Shown here in pieces: positions 46,801-57,531 of a stretch of 64,000 nt of DNA. Under the pieces are notes generated by a model. That model was not told the origin of the DNA. It searched no databases and worked only from the letters and a program-made list of their open reading frames with translations. Positions within the stretch are counted from its first letter, which is position 1. The number at the start of each line of letters is the position of its first letter. The stretch is from an uncultured delta proteobacterium (GTDB lineage Bacteria; Desulfobacterota; Syntrophorhabdia; Syntrophorhabdales; Syntrophorhabdaceae). The position numbers were made by a program, and so were the translations under genes. Location: NCBI GenBank assembly GCA_963816115.1, contig CAWFIZ010000008.1, positions 189,605 to 253,604 of the forward strand, written 5' to 3'.

Positions 46801-47967
46801 ATGAATACAATTCCAAGGTTCATCACGGTTTTGCCGGTAATCGTGCTGCTGCTGGCCCTGCTTCACCAACCGGCCGCGGGGTCCTCTCCCAAAGAAGCCT
46901 TGAGCCCTGCCGCTGTCAATGGCGCTGCGATGAAATTGGTACAATTTTGCATTGAGCCCAGGGCCGGTCTTGATGAACAAGCCATTGCCATCCTCGTGGA
47001 CCACGTCATGAGCCCCAAACAGAACAGGGAATACGCGCTCCCGAAATCCCTCGGAAGTACAGGGGCTTATTACGAATTCGACACCAAGATCACTTTTCTC
47101 CGATTCATGGAGTACTCCTACGGCTCGCTCACCCCGCCTTCGATCACCAGACCATCTTCTCTGCGCTACTCCATCTGGTCATCCCCTCGAGGCAAAACCC
47201 AAAAACTGCCCGAGAGCTGGAAGCCTCTCCCCCCTGCCGTGGCCCCGGTCATCATCCACGGCGTGCAAAACGAATCCGACACCCCGGACCTCAATACCGG
47301 TGTCTATCACGAATATGTTTTGAAAAGAACGCTGATCCTCCTCAATTATAAAGGACGTCAAGTGCTGGTCTCCGTATCGAAACAGATCGGTCTGTCCGGT
47401 GTCGGGAAAAAGGGGTATATTCTGGGCAATGACAATGACTGGAACTATTACTACTCCGGGAAACCTGGTTCTACGAAAACCGGCCTCGGATGGGCCAAAT
47501 CCTACATCTACGATTTTTTTTCAATTGGTGTATATGTGGAATCAAGCACTGCGCCGGCCATGGTAAGGGCAGGTTTTTTTCAATGGCTCCGCGCCGGTTG
47601 GTCAAAAATAAATTTTGTTAAATCGAGCCATATCCTTGGCGGGATGAACCGCTTCGCCCGCGATTGCAAGATGGTCCTTGAATCCCCCCGGCTGCCCACC
47701 CTGGACCAGATACGCTCCGCCCGCGACTGGTTTTCAAATATGCCTGCAGGCGATCTTGCCGACAAATATGCGGCCCTGCAGCAAGCTAAACGATCTTTGG
47801 CCATCCAGACCGGTAAAATAAGCAGATCCGAAGGAGAAGAAAAGATATCCTTTGCCAACATACCAAAGGAACAGATGATCGAAGAGCTTTTGCAGGAACA
47901 CCTGAAAATGACACTTGGAAAACCTGCGCTGCCCGGAAAACAATCTTTTTCGTTATCGCCCCCGTAA
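46801..47967 (+). CDS. Secreted hypothetical protein
   Basis: 388 aa with a signal peptide. No family recognised. Confidence 0.55.
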   Translation: MNTIPRFITVLPVIVLLLALLHQPAAGSSPKEALSPAAVNGAAMKLVQFCIEPRAGLDEQAIAILVDHVMSPKQNREYALPKSLGSTGAYYEFDTKITFLRFMEYSYGSLTPPSITRPSSLRYSIWSSPRGKTQKLPESWKPLPPAVAPVIIHGVQNESDTPDLNTGVYHEYVLKRTLILLNYKGRQVLVSVSKQIGLSGVGKKGYILGNDNDWNYYYSGKPGSTKTGLGWAKSYIYDFFSIGVYVESSTAPAMVRAGFFQWLRAGWSKINFVKSSHILGGMNRFARDCKMVLESPRLPTLDQIRSARDWFSNMPAGDLADKYAALQQAKRSLAIQTGKISRSEGEEKISFANIPKEQMIEELLQEHLKMTLGKPALPGKQSFSLSPP

Positions 47968-48024
47968 CGCGTAACAGCGAAATGAACATTCAACTTCATA
48001 CACCGTCCCAAAAAACTTGCACAA

Positions 48025-48846
48025 CTAATGTGCGTTTACAGGGCCCCCCTTCTTCTTTTGGTTCGCAATGCTTCTTCTATACCTGTCAGCATATTTATCG
48101 ATCAGCAGGTCCACGGTCCCGTTATTGATCAGTTCGTCAAGTTTTTTGTTGATCTCTGGAAGATATTTTACAAAGGGTGATCTCTTGGAGATCCCGATAT
48201 AGAAATTCTCCACCGATACACTGATCGGAAGAAATTCTATTTTGTCCGATATGTCAAAACGTTCGGATTCAAACAAACCCGAGTACATTGCGTAAATGAA
48301 GTAATCGGCGTGCCCGTTGATAAGCTTTGAAAAGTTCTCTTCAACTTTTGCGGAACGCGTGACCGTTAGTTTTTCAGAAATGAATTTATCAAATTCCTGA
48401 CCAAAACTGTCACCAATTGTTGTAGTGCCTTTTTTCCCGATCAGGTCATCCCATTTTGCATAGTTGAATGCCTTGCCTTTTGCAACAAAGACCACCACCG
48501 GATCTTTGGCGTAAGGATTGGAATATTCAAGGAACGCCTTTCTTCCTTCTGTCATGTAGAGACTTACGATCACATCGATCTTCCCCTGCTTTGCTTCGTC
48601 CTGTACTTTGTCCCATCTTCCCCGATATGGTGACCTTACTGTCACGTTGAGATCTTTAAAGAGCAACTTGACGAGTTCGACCCCGGCGCCGATGATGCTG
48701 TTGTTCTCTTTCCACATAATGGGCGGGTACTGGGGGTGTCCGGAGGCAGTGAGCATTTCTGCCGCTTGCGTTATACCTCCAAGTAATAAGAAACCCGCGA
48801 TAAGGGCAAGCAAGAAACAATTTTTCATGTGATACCCCTTGGACAT
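48025..48846 (-). CDS. ABC transporter substrate-binding protein, family 3 (amino-acid type)
   Basis: Signal peptide. The pattern YPPIMWKENNSIIGAGVELVK...IDVIVSLY fits the family. Confidence 0.7.
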   Translation of the reverse strand: MSKGYHMKNCFLLALIAGFLLLGGITQAAEMLTASGHPQYPPIMWKENNSIIGAGVELVKLLFKDLNVTVRSPYRGRWDKVQDEAKQGKIDVIVSLYMTEGRKAFLEYSNPYAKDPVVVFVAKGKAFNYAKWDDLIGKKGTTTIGDSFGQEFDKFISEKLTVTRSAKVEENFSKLINGHADYFIYAMYSGLFESERFDISDKIEFLPISVSVENFYIGISKRSPFVKYLPEINKKLDELINNGTVDLLIDKYADRYRRSIANQKKKGGPVNAH

Positions 48847-49085
48847 TCAGGCGTATATATCCGAAAACTTGCAAATACTATCATGACCGGAGGAGACGAT
48901 GTCAAATATACTGGAACATAATATGGCCCATTCGTGTCAACATTGGGTTGTTTCATAACATTATTCTGTTTCGACATTAAATCGTCCTGTAAATTTACCA
49001 TATAGTAAATAATTTAAACGCAGCACTTCCATCAAAGACACCAGAAAATGATCCATTGGCCACGGAACTCCAGGGTGTTCATATA

Positions 49086-51200
49086 ATGAGCTTTCGCGGT
49101 AAACTCCTGATCTTTGTTGGTTTGATCATTATTGTCAGTGTTGCGTTGTATTCTGCCATCACCTATGTCTTCGCAAGTCGTCAGCTTGAAAGGGTCGCAA
49201 AAAAGGAAATGGAACAGACCGTTGCCCTGATAGCCAAGCAAAGTCAGATCGCACTCAATACTATAAAGGTAGACATGGAGCTGTTGGCTGAATTGCAATT
49301 GATCCACGTGATCGCGCTATCCCCGGGGAACAGGACGCTCGTCAATGAAGCCAATCGGTATTTCCTGGAATTTGTGAAAAAGAATACAGTATACCAGTCC
49401 GTCAATCTGCTCAACCGGGAGGCCCTGTGCATTGCATCCTCCTACCCTGACCGCATCGGTTATGTCACCATGCAAAAGTTCGTTCAAGTAAGGGCTGATT
49501 TCAAGACCGCCATGACGGGGAAAACCGCCGTCTCCCAGATCCTCCTCAGCATGGGGACGGGCCGTCCTTTAATTGCCGTTTCCGCTCCCGTCAAACAAAA
49601 CGGGGCAGTGGTGGCCGTGGTCAGGGCAGTTCTGGACCTTGACTATCTAAACAATTATTTTCTCAAGCCCCAGGAGTTCATCTACGGCGGCAAGGCCTAT
49701 TTCTACGACCCGGGGCTTAACACAACACTGCCGAAAGGATGGGAGATCCCCAATGTCATTAAAACCAAACCCTATGTCAAACCGAACATTCCCTGCCTGC
49801 CTGAGCTATCGACCCAAAAGCAGGGGTTCGTCCGGTATTCCTCTAAGAACGGTCAAAGGATAGCGGCCTTTTACAGAACTTCCGATCCTGAGTTTATCCT
49901 TGTCATCGAAAGGCCATTAAATGACGTCCTTGCCCCTATCCAGACCATGGGGAGGGTCACGATGATAACGTTGGTCATGGTTCTGCTCGTGATCTCCGTT
50001 GCGGTATTTTTCATGGCCAACCCTTTTCTCTGCAGGCTTCAGCAATGTATGGCCTTTGCCCGGGACATCGAAGCCGGATCCCTCGATAAAAGGCTTAAGG
50101 TCAAGGGCAATGACGAGATCGCCCGGCTTGGCAAAGGACTCAATGCCATGGTGGAAAGCCTCGAAAAGAACCGCAAGGCGTTGGAAGAGGCAGAACGCAT
50201 GTACAGGGGCATCTTTGAGAACGCCGTTGAAGGGATCTTTATCACCGACCACAAAGGTTTCTTTCTGAACGTCAACCAGGCCCTTGCCTCGCTCCTCGGC
50301 TTCGATTCCCCGGCACAGATCATTGGGACAAACGTTACTCAATACTATTCCCCGGACAGGCGGTCATCACTGCTTGAACTATTAAAGGCACATGGCACAA
50401 TGAAATATTTCGAGATCCATTTCCATCGACGTAACGGATCGGAAAGGATCGGGTCCATCTATGCGCGGGCGGACAAGGATGAGGACGGAAGGATCATTCA
50501 GGTCCAGGGTATACTGGACGACGTCACGGATCTGAGAAAGATGGAAGAGCAGCGCCGACGGGCTGAGGAGACAGAACTGGCATCCGTAAGGTCACAACTG
50601 GAGGCCCTCCGGTACCAGATCAATCCTCATTTTCTTTTCAATGTTCTCAATTCGCTGGATGCCCTTTCCGAGAGCGCTCCAGGACGCATCCCCAAACTTA
50701 TCAATCATCTTTCACGCTACCTGCGCTCCACCTTTTCATCCGGCGACCCCGGTCTTGTACCTTTAAGAGAAGAACTGGAGACACTGGAAAGTTACTTGAA
50801 TATTGAAAAGGTCCGTTTCGAAGATAATTTCGATGTAACCTTTGATATATCTTCCCGGGTCCTGGATATCCCGGTCCCTGAACTGCTTCTTCAGCCCATT
50901 GTGGAAAATTCCGTCAAGCACGGAATGCGAACAGCTGCCCTACCGCTGCGGATCATGATCCATGGGTGTGCCATTGATAGTATGCTCAGGATCGAGATCG
51001 CCAATACGGGAAAGTTGGTCTCCATGGAAAATGATAACGGCAATAGAACGGGCGTGGGCCTCGAAAACATCCGGAAACGGTTAAAGTTGGTATACGCCGA
51101 CCATTACCAGCTGAACTTATACGAAGAGAACGGGTGGGTGCGCGTCATTATTGAGGTCCCGCTGACAGGTGAAAACAATGGAAAAAGAATTCGATTATGA
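49086..51200 (+). CDS. LytS/YehU-type sensor histidine kinase with Cache-like periplasmic domain, HAMP and PAS
   Basis: Two transmembrane helices flank a ~280-aa periplasmic domain. HAMP and PAS domains follow. The H-box QINPHFLFNVLNSL (His_kinase family) and an HATPase domain are present. Confidence 0.85.
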   Translation: MSFRGKLLIFVGLIIIVSVALYSAITYVFASRQLERVAKKEMEQTVALIAKQSQIALNTIKVDMELLAELQLIHVIALSPGNRTLVNEANRYFLEFVKKNTVYQSVNLLNREALCIASSYPDRIGYVTMQKFVQVRADFKTAMTGKTAVSQILLSMGTGRPLIAVSAPVKQNGAVVAVVRAVLDLDYLNNYFLKPQEFIYGGKAYFYDPGLNTTLPKGWEIPNVIKTKPYVKPNIPCLPELSTQKQGFVRYSSKNGQRIAAFYRTSDPEFILVIERPLNDVLAPIQTMGRVTMITLVMVLLVISVAVFFMANPFLCRLQQCMAFARDIEAGSLDKRLKVKGNDEIARLGKGLNAMVESLEKNRKALEEAERMYRGIFENAVEGIFITDHKGFFLNVNQALASLLGFDSPAQIIGTNVTQYYSPDRRSSLLELLKAHGTMKYFEIHFHRRNGSERIGSIYARADKDEDGRIIQVQGILDDVTDLRKMEEQRRRAEETELASVRSQLEALRYQINPHFLFNVLNSLDALSESAPGRIPKLINHLSRYLRSTFSSGDPGLVPLREELETLESYLNIEKVRFEDNFDVTFDISSRVLDIPVPELLLQPIVENSVKHGMRTAALPLRIMIHGCAIDSMLRIEIANTGKLVSMENDNGNRTGVGLENIRKRLKLVYADHYQLNLYEENGWVRVIIEVPLTGENNGKRIRL

Positions 51201-51948
51201 ACTGCATGTCATCATTGTAGACGACGAATACCTTGCCAGGGAAAAATTGAAGGACCTCTTGAAGAAGTACCGGCATGTCCGTGTGATAGAGGAGGCCTGC
51301 GATATCTACGAAGCTCAGAGGAAGATCCTCGAAAATCGGCCGGACCTCATTTTTCTGGATATCCAGATGCCCGGGGGTACCGGTTTTGATCTCCTGGAGA
51401 TGCTGGAAGATCCGCCTCGCGTCACATTCGTGACAGCTTTCGATCAATTCGCAATTCGTGCCTTCAAGGTCAACGCCCTCGATTATCTTCTAAAACCGAT
51501 TGATGCGACGCGTCTTGAGGATTCACTTAAACGGGCAGTAACAACGACCGGTCTACCGGAGGACACAGGCGGGCCGCTTTCCATGACAGACCAGGTCTTT
51601 CTGAACACGGGAAGGAAAAAGCTGTTCCTCCCCGTTGCCAACATTGCCGCTATCAACACCGAAGGGAATTATACGAACGTTATCGATCTTAAAGGCGAAC
51701 ACTTCATAATAAGAGCCTCGCTCAAAGATTGGGAAAGGCGCCTTCCGAAGGACGTCTTTGTTGTTCTTGACCGCACGCTACTCATCAACCGTCGCCAGGT
51801 CAGGTCCTGGACAATGCGATCACGCGGTATCGAGCTCTGCATGGCAGATGTTCCAACCTTTTTTCTTCTCGGCAGGGCCGGTTATCAGAGGTTCAGGGAA
51901 CTGGTAGTCTCTGCTCTTGCCAGAAAGAAGAGCTCTGAACGTTCTTGA
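51178..51948 (+). CDS. LytR/AlgR-family response regulator (REC + LytTR)
   Basis: REC domain (IIVDDE...DLIFLDIQMPG) and a LytTR DNA-binding domain. Overlaps the 3' end of the kinase gene. Confidence 0.85.
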   Translation: MEKEFDYELHVIIVDDEYLAREKLKDLLKKYRHVRVIEEACDIYEAQRKILENRPDLIFLDIQMPGGTGFDLLEMLEDPPRVTFVTAFDQFAIRAFKVNALDYLLKPIDATRLEDSLKRAVTTTGLPEDTGGPLSMTDQVFLNTGRKKLFLPVANIAAINTEGNYTNVIDLKGEHFIIRASLKDWERRLPKDVFVVLDRTLLINRRQVRSWTMRSRGIELCMADVPTFFLLGRAGYQRFRELVVSALARKKSSERS

Positions 51949-52092
51949 AAAAAATAACCTTTTCCATGACCATCAACGGATGTGATGTCATTCGGCCTAT
52001 CCATGGGGCCATCGAGCGCGGGCGAAGGGTTATTGCTTTCAACATTGAACAACTGAAACAGTTGAAACTTTTGAAACTGTCTTTTGAGCCTG

Positions 52093-52581
52093 TCATAGCC
52101 TGGCCCGTTTGTAAAAGAACCGCTTCGCCACCTCTGCCGAAATAATATAGAGCACGTCGAGTGCGCCCGCTTCCTTTTCCACCGGGCGGGTCTCGGCGGT
52201 CAAGGTTGCCTCGTCGACAAAAAGGTCCCTGGATCCGATGATCAGGCAGTCGCCGGGTATGATGTCTCCCGCGTTCAATGTGACGATATCGCCGGGGACT
52301 ATTTCCTCAACCGGCACCTCCTTGAGGTTCCCGTCGCGGAGTACGAAAGAGAGCCCGGTGGCAAAAAGCAATATAATGATGATCGGGCTCTTGAACTGTG
52401 CGATGAGAAGTGCGAGAGAATCCTTCCGATCCTTCGGTTTCAGTGTATTGAAGCCGTAAAGTTGAAGCCTTTTACGTGCCTCGGTCCCGCTCAAACCGCC
52501 GGGCGTGGCTTGAAGGCGGGCGAGTACAACATCCGGGGGGAGGCCCCAGAAGAACTGCAGATCATTGGCCGGCATGGTCAC
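52093..52581 (-). pseudogene. Relic of a P-type (MgtA-like) cation ATPase with large internal deletions, still an open 162-aa frame
   Basis: It retains the Cation_ATPase_N-like segment (GLSGTEARKRLQLYGFNTL...FKSPIIIILL), part of the actuator domain (VPGDIVTLNAGDIIPGDCLII...DLFVDEATLTAETRPVEK) and a C-terminal tail. The phosphorylation, nucleotide-binding and most transmembrane regions are absent. Confidence 0.6.
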
Positions 52582-52656
52582 CTTTGAGTCATTAGGGAAT
52601 ATAGCCCGCCCGGCGCATCAACCACCGGGCGGGTCTTGGTCGGCCATATGCCCCGG

Positions 52657-55105
52657 TTAGGGCTTATCCCTCTGTCCGGGCTCGTCTTTAGACTTATCCT
52701 TCTGACCGGGCTTTGCCGGTGCTGCCTGCTCGGGTACCACGACCTTACTCGGATGTTCAGGTTTTGCCGGTGCTGCCTGTTTAGGTGCCACGACCTTTGG
52801 GGGAGGTGCGGGTGGTTGACTCGGTTTTACCGGTGCCTGTTGAGGTGCCACGACCTTTGGGGGAGGTGCAGGCGGTTGGCTCGGTTTTACCGGTGCCGTG
52901 TGTTCTGGCACGACGACCTGTTTCGTTTGGCCCGGCCTTGCCGGTGCCGCGTACTTGGGTACGACGACCTGGCCGGGGCTTTCCTTCTGGTCCGGTTTTA
53001 CCGGCGTCGCATGCTCGGGTACGACGACCTGGCCTGTCTTACCCGACCTTGCCGGAGCCACGTGCTCGGGCACCACGGCCTGACCCGGATGTTCGGGCTT
53101 TGCCGGTGCCGTGTGTTCTGGTACGACGACCTGTTTCGTTTGGCCCGGCCTTGCCGGCGCCACGTGCTTGGGTATGACGACCTGACCCGGAGGTGCAGGT
53201 TGACTCGTCCTTGCCGGCACAACGTGCTCGGGCACGACGACCTGTTTCGTTTGGCCCGGCCTTGCCGGTGCCGCGTACTTAGGTACGACGACCTGGCCGG
53301 GGCTTTCCTTCTGGTCCGGTTTTACCGGCGCCGCATGTTCGGGTATGACGACCTTGCCTGTCTTACCCGGCCTTGCCGGAGCCACGTGCTCGGGCACCAC
53401 GGCCTGACCCGGATGTTCGGGCTTTGCCGGTGCCGTGTGTTCAGGTACGACGACCTGTTTCGTTTGGCCCGGCTTTGCCGGCGCCATGTGCTTGGGTATG
53501 ACGACCTGAGCGGGCTGGGCTGGCGGGACTCCCCTTCCGGCACCCTTGATCTCCTTCTGCTTAAGTGTTATTTCCGATTTGGGTCGGTTCACTTGATTGG
53601 CCGGGACGATATAGTTTGTGGTCTTCGGAGGTACGATCCGGGCCTCGCGGTTGATCTTGCCTTCCTTGATACCCTTCACCTGTTTCTGGAGAACGGCGGC
53701 ATTTTCCTTCTTGCCCTTGCGAATGACCGCATCATTCTGGTGGATTCGGTTGATCACGGTATTGTGAGGCTTCTCTTTTACCGTTACGTTCGTGTAGTTG
53801 TACCGCTTTTTGTCCGTCGTGTAATTGTTGACCACCGTGTTACTGACGACAGGCGCAGCGCGGTAGTTATTGATCATGGTGACAGGGTTTATGTTGGCCA
53901 CCTGCACTTTCCTGTAATTGTTCACACCGTAGAAATCGTTCCGGGGAACCACGACAGCACGGCTTGCATAGGCATAGTTCCGGATGTTGATGTTGATCCG
54001 TGTGATATTGACATTGGTTACGACCACATCGTGAGGGCCTCCCCAATTGCGGCGGCTGTAGTATGTCTCGCGCGGCGCCAGAGGCACCCAGCCCACATAA
54101 TTTCCGCTGTAGATCCATGAAACCCTTCCTGGACTCCAGAAGAAAAGAATATCAAGGAGGGAAAGACCGAGGCGCGCACTCCTCGACCACGGGCGGGGCC
54201 CAATACCAGTTATTCCGGGCGTAAATCCAATTACCGTAATGGTGGGTGACATAACCGAAAGGTTCTTCGGGGATCCACGTTTGGTCCCCGTTCCAATCGG
54301 TCCAGCGACCCGTGGTGAAGGGCGACCATCCCGCGGATATGGTGGTTGGCCGCCAGAACCAGCGCTCTGTGCCCTCATAGGGAACGCTTTCCCATCTCCC
54401 GTTCTCTTCAAGGGCATACGCCTCGGATTGGAGGCTTGGTGGAAGATATCCGACCGATCGTCCTCCCGCCCTGGCCTTTCCCATCCAGAAGCTTTCGCGG
54501 CCCCTGTTCCAATTGTCCCAGTCAGGATCGACGGTCCCCTCACCTGACGACACCCGGCTCTGGTCGGCAAGAATTGATGGGGACCCGACCGAAACATTGT
54601 ACCTGGAATTGGTTGCCGCGTGGACGAAACTGACTGTCCCCCTTACCGCAACGACTTCAACAGAGCTGTCGCCTACATAGAAGTCAAAGACCGCCCCCGG
54701 ATCAACCAGAACATATCCGAAAGGGCTCGTGGCTTTGATTACCGTACTGGAGCTTTTATTATAGAACCGGGCCATGCCCGCAGCAACGTCCATTTCGGCC
54801 AGGTTCCTGTCAAGGGCGACAAACTGGACCTGGGTGTTGCCTCCGATCCTGATCCAGGTCCCGTTGGGTATAATAAGCTCGGCCATGCTATTATCACCCG
54901 AGTAAAAGGCGTCACCTGTTTGAAAAGGTGTATCCCTGACCGCAGCTACCCAGTCGTTCTCTGCCGGAACGTAACTGAGCAGTTCCCCTTCGATGGCATA
55001 TACGCGACCAACCGTGACAGCTGGCGAGTTCGCGGCTGAAACCGGAGGAACCATCGCCAGCATTGCAAGAAATAAACAGACCGCCAATTCCACCCATCCC
55101 TTCAT
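52657..55105 (-). pseudogene. FecR-domain / Trp-rich / Pro-rich tandem-repeat secreted protein, split by a frameshift near 54150-54200
   Basis: ORF 54152-55105 has a signal peptide, a FecR-like domain and Trp-rich ...YGNWIYARNNWYWAPP. ORF 52657-54597 continues the same family pattern (WSPGRVSWIYSGNYVGWVPLAP) in the +1 frame. It ends in Pro-rich repeats. Confidence 0.6.
52690..53520 (-). repeat. Coding tandem repeats: 17-20-aa P-x4-QVVVPEHxAPA[KR] units nested in a 324-bp higher-order duplication
   Basis: Identical DNA strings recur at a 324-nt offset (for example TTGGCCCGGCCTTGCCGGTGCCGCGTACTT at 52927 and 53251). Confidence 0.85.
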
Positions 55106-55293
55106 CGCCTCTCTCCTTTCGATAGCTCTGCCTGGTTCTATTTTAACTCGAACCCCGTTTTAGTGAAAGATCTTTTCCGGGTCCCATGGCTAATTTCACA
55201 GGCCATGATATAGAAACCCCATCTGCATGTTATTGCCCACATCCTTTTATGTTCAATTCCTTCTCTGGCTCTTAAAATATCGCAGCAGGCCTT

Positions 55294-56796
55294 TCAATGG
55301 CTGGTTTTAAAAACTTTCCGGAAGTGGAACCCGTACACCATGTATGTTATTGCCATGGGCAAGAGCAGCGGACGCCTGAATAAAGACCAGATAACCAGTT
55401 TCCAGTAGTAAAGCCTGGCCTTATCCTTTATTCCCAATATCACCAAGGTTTTGAATGGGGCGTCAAGGTAGTGGAAATTATAGCGGATATATCTAAAATG
55501 CAAGCCCCGTTTTCTCTTCTCCAGAGGTTTGTATTCCCTGAGAAATGCCTTGACGCGCTCATAGTAGGCATGGGGCGAATAGATACCGTTCAGCACCTCT
55601 TTGTATCCCGCGACGAGCCTATCATAACCCATTTTTGGAATGATATTCGTGGAAAAATCCGTGTTGTCGCCGGAGACATCCTTTCCCAACCGGCCTTCCT
55701 CCCGGAGTCTTTCGTAAAGCCGGCTGCCCTTTGGCGCATTGAGCATGCCCACCATTGCGGTGACGATCCTGCTTTCCTGAATGAACCGGACCTGCCTTTC
55801 GAACGTTTCAGGAGAGTCATTGTCAAACCCCACGATAAAGCCCCCGCGAATACGCAGGCCGAGTTGCTGGATCCGTTTCACTCCGGCAAGGAGATCGCGG
55901 TTCCTGTTCTGAAACTTGTTGCACTCCTTCAGGGACCTGTCGTCAGGTGTTTCAATACCGACGAACACGCCCTCGAACCCGGCTTGTATCATCTGTCTTA
56001 TCAGTTCTTCGTCGTCGGCGAGATCGATCGATGCCTCTGTTGCCAGGTCGAAGGGATATCTTCTCTTTTTCATCCATTCGATCATGGCAGGCAGCACATG
56101 GTCTTTGAGCTTCTTTTTGTTGCCTATGAAGTTGTCATCAACAAAAAAGACGCTGCCCCTCCATCCTGCCCTGTAAAGGGCTTCCAGTTCATCGATCACC
56201 TGCCGGGTGGTTTTGGTTCGGGTCTTGTGCCCGTAGAGCGTTGTAATATCGCAGAATTCACAGCTAAACGGGCAACCCCGGGAATATTGAAGGTTCATTG
56301 AGTGATATCTGTTCATCTTGACGAGTTCCCAGGCAGGGGTGGGTGTCTTATCGAGATCGGGAAAGGCCCATGAGGAGTAAACGTGTTTGGCCTCCCCTGC
56401 GGCAAGGTCTTCCAGAAAGGGGCCAAGGGTAAACTCTGCTTCATTTAGTATCAAATGATCCACGTGGGAGTATTCTTCCGGGGTTGCGGTAAAGAGAGGG
56501 CCTCCGGCCACGATCTTGACGCCTGCCGCATGACACCGCTCAATGACCTCTTCCACCGATTCCTTTTGGACTGCCATGGCCCCGATAAAAACATAATCAG
56601 CCCACAGAAGGTGCTTGTCCTTCAAGATAGCGATGTTCATGTCGACAAGTTTCTTTTCCCATTCCCCGGGGAGCATTGCGGCCACGGTCAGCAGGCCCAG
56701 CGGGGGGTGAAGGGCCTTTTTCGATATGAACGACAGGGCATATTTGAAACTCCAGAAGGTATCAGGATATTTGGGATATATAAAAAGTATCCTCAT
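55294..56796 (-). CDS. B12-binding-domain radical SAM protein (DUF4070-containing class B type)
   Basis: N-terminal MRILFIYPKYPDTFWSF...PPLGLLTVAAMLP. Radical SAM motif CPFSCEFC. 500 aa. Confidence 0.8.
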   Translation of the reverse strand: MRILFIYPKYPDTFWSFKYALSFISKKALHPPLGLLTVAAMLPGEWEKKLVDMNIAILKDKHLLWADYVFIGAMAVQKESVEEVIERCHAAGVKIVAGGPLFTATPEEYSHVDHLILNEAEFTLGPFLEDLAAGEAKHVYSSWAFPDLDKTPTPAWELVKMNRYHSMNLQYSRGCPFSCEFCDITTLYGHKTRTKTTRQVIDELEALYRAGWRGSVFFVDDNFIGNKKKLKDHVLPAMIEWMKKRRYPFDLATEASIDLADDEELIRQMIQAGFEGVFVGIETPDDRSLKECNKFQNRNRDLLAGVKRIQQLGLRIRGGFIVGFDNDSPETFERQVRFIQESRIVTAMVGMLNAPKGSRLYERLREEGRLGKDVSGDNTDFSTNIIPKMGYDRLVAGYKEVLNGIYSPHAYYERVKAFLREYKPLEKRKRGLHFRYIRYNFHYLDAPFKTLVILGIKDKARLYYWKLVIWSLFRRPLLLPMAITYMVYGFHFRKVFKTSH

Positions 56797-56928
56797 TCTC
56801 TTTTCCTCGTCTGGGTCCCGCCGTTTTGCCGCTTTAACGGTGGGACAATCTGCCGATCCTGCAACACAGTGAAAGAAAGGGAGGGTATTTGTTCTATACC
56901 CTCCTCCTCCTCGCTTTTCATATTCGCG

Positions 56929-57438
56929 TTACTGCAACGCCAGGAAGTGAGCCCTTCTGTTCTTTGCCCAGGCCGCCTCGTTGTGCCCCGGATCGAGAGG
57001 TTTTTCCTTGCCATAGCTCACCGTTTCGAAAAGCCTCCCGTTTGCGCCGAGACTGACGAGGAAACTCTTCGTGGAGTCCGCCCTCTTCTGCCCGAGGACA
57101 AGGTTGTACTCCACGGTCCCTCTTTCGTCACAGTGGCCTTCGATCTTGACTTTCTTGCCGCTGTTTTCCTTCGCCTGGAACCACGCCATATTTTCTTTCA
57201 ATATCGCGGCATCTGTTTCCCTGATGTTGTATTTGTCGAAATCGAAATTGATGTCCTTCAATGCGGCAACAACCGCAGCCATGGGGACCTCAACTTTCTG
57301 TTCAGGCGGCATAACTGTAGCCGGACCCGCTGCAGGGGGCGGTGTCTCGCCCTTCATCTGCTGGTAAAAACATCCGCAACCGCCCAAAGACAACATCAAT
57401 ACTGCTGCAAGAATCAACATAAAAGACTTTGTTCTCAT
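56929..57438 (-). CDS. pal: Peptidoglycan-associated lipoprotein (OmpA-family C-terminal domain)
   Basis: Lipobox LGGC. FDFDKYNIR...IEGHCDERGTVEYNLVLGQKRA...NRRAHF. Confidence 0.85.
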   Translation of the reverse strand: MRTKSFMLILAAVLMLSLGGCGCFYQQMKGETPPPAAGPATVMPPEQKVEVPMAAVVAALKDINFDFDKYNIRETDAAILKENMAWFQAKENSGKKVKIEGHCDERGTVEYNLVLGQKRADSTKSFLVSLGANGRLFETVSYGKEKPLDPGHNEAAWAKNRRAHFLALQ

Positions 57439-57531
57439 GATCCACCCCTTTCAATATTTGTTGTTATGCAGGCAACCCGGGAATGTCTACCCGCGGTCAC
57501 AATGCCCCATCCGGCAAAGGATGGCGATCGC

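Noticed and set aside
52690-53520. Regularly spaced repeats considered as a CRISPR array
   Set aside because: The repeats are contiguous, in-frame coding units of a Pro-rich protein. There are no unique spacers and no cas genes.
52636-54120. A 494-aa plus-strand ORF rich in Arg, Cys and Leu repeats
   Set aside because: It is the antisense reading of the Pro-rich tandem repeats. It stays open only because the repeat unit lacks stops on both strands. The minus-strand frame connects to a conserved Trp-rich domain.
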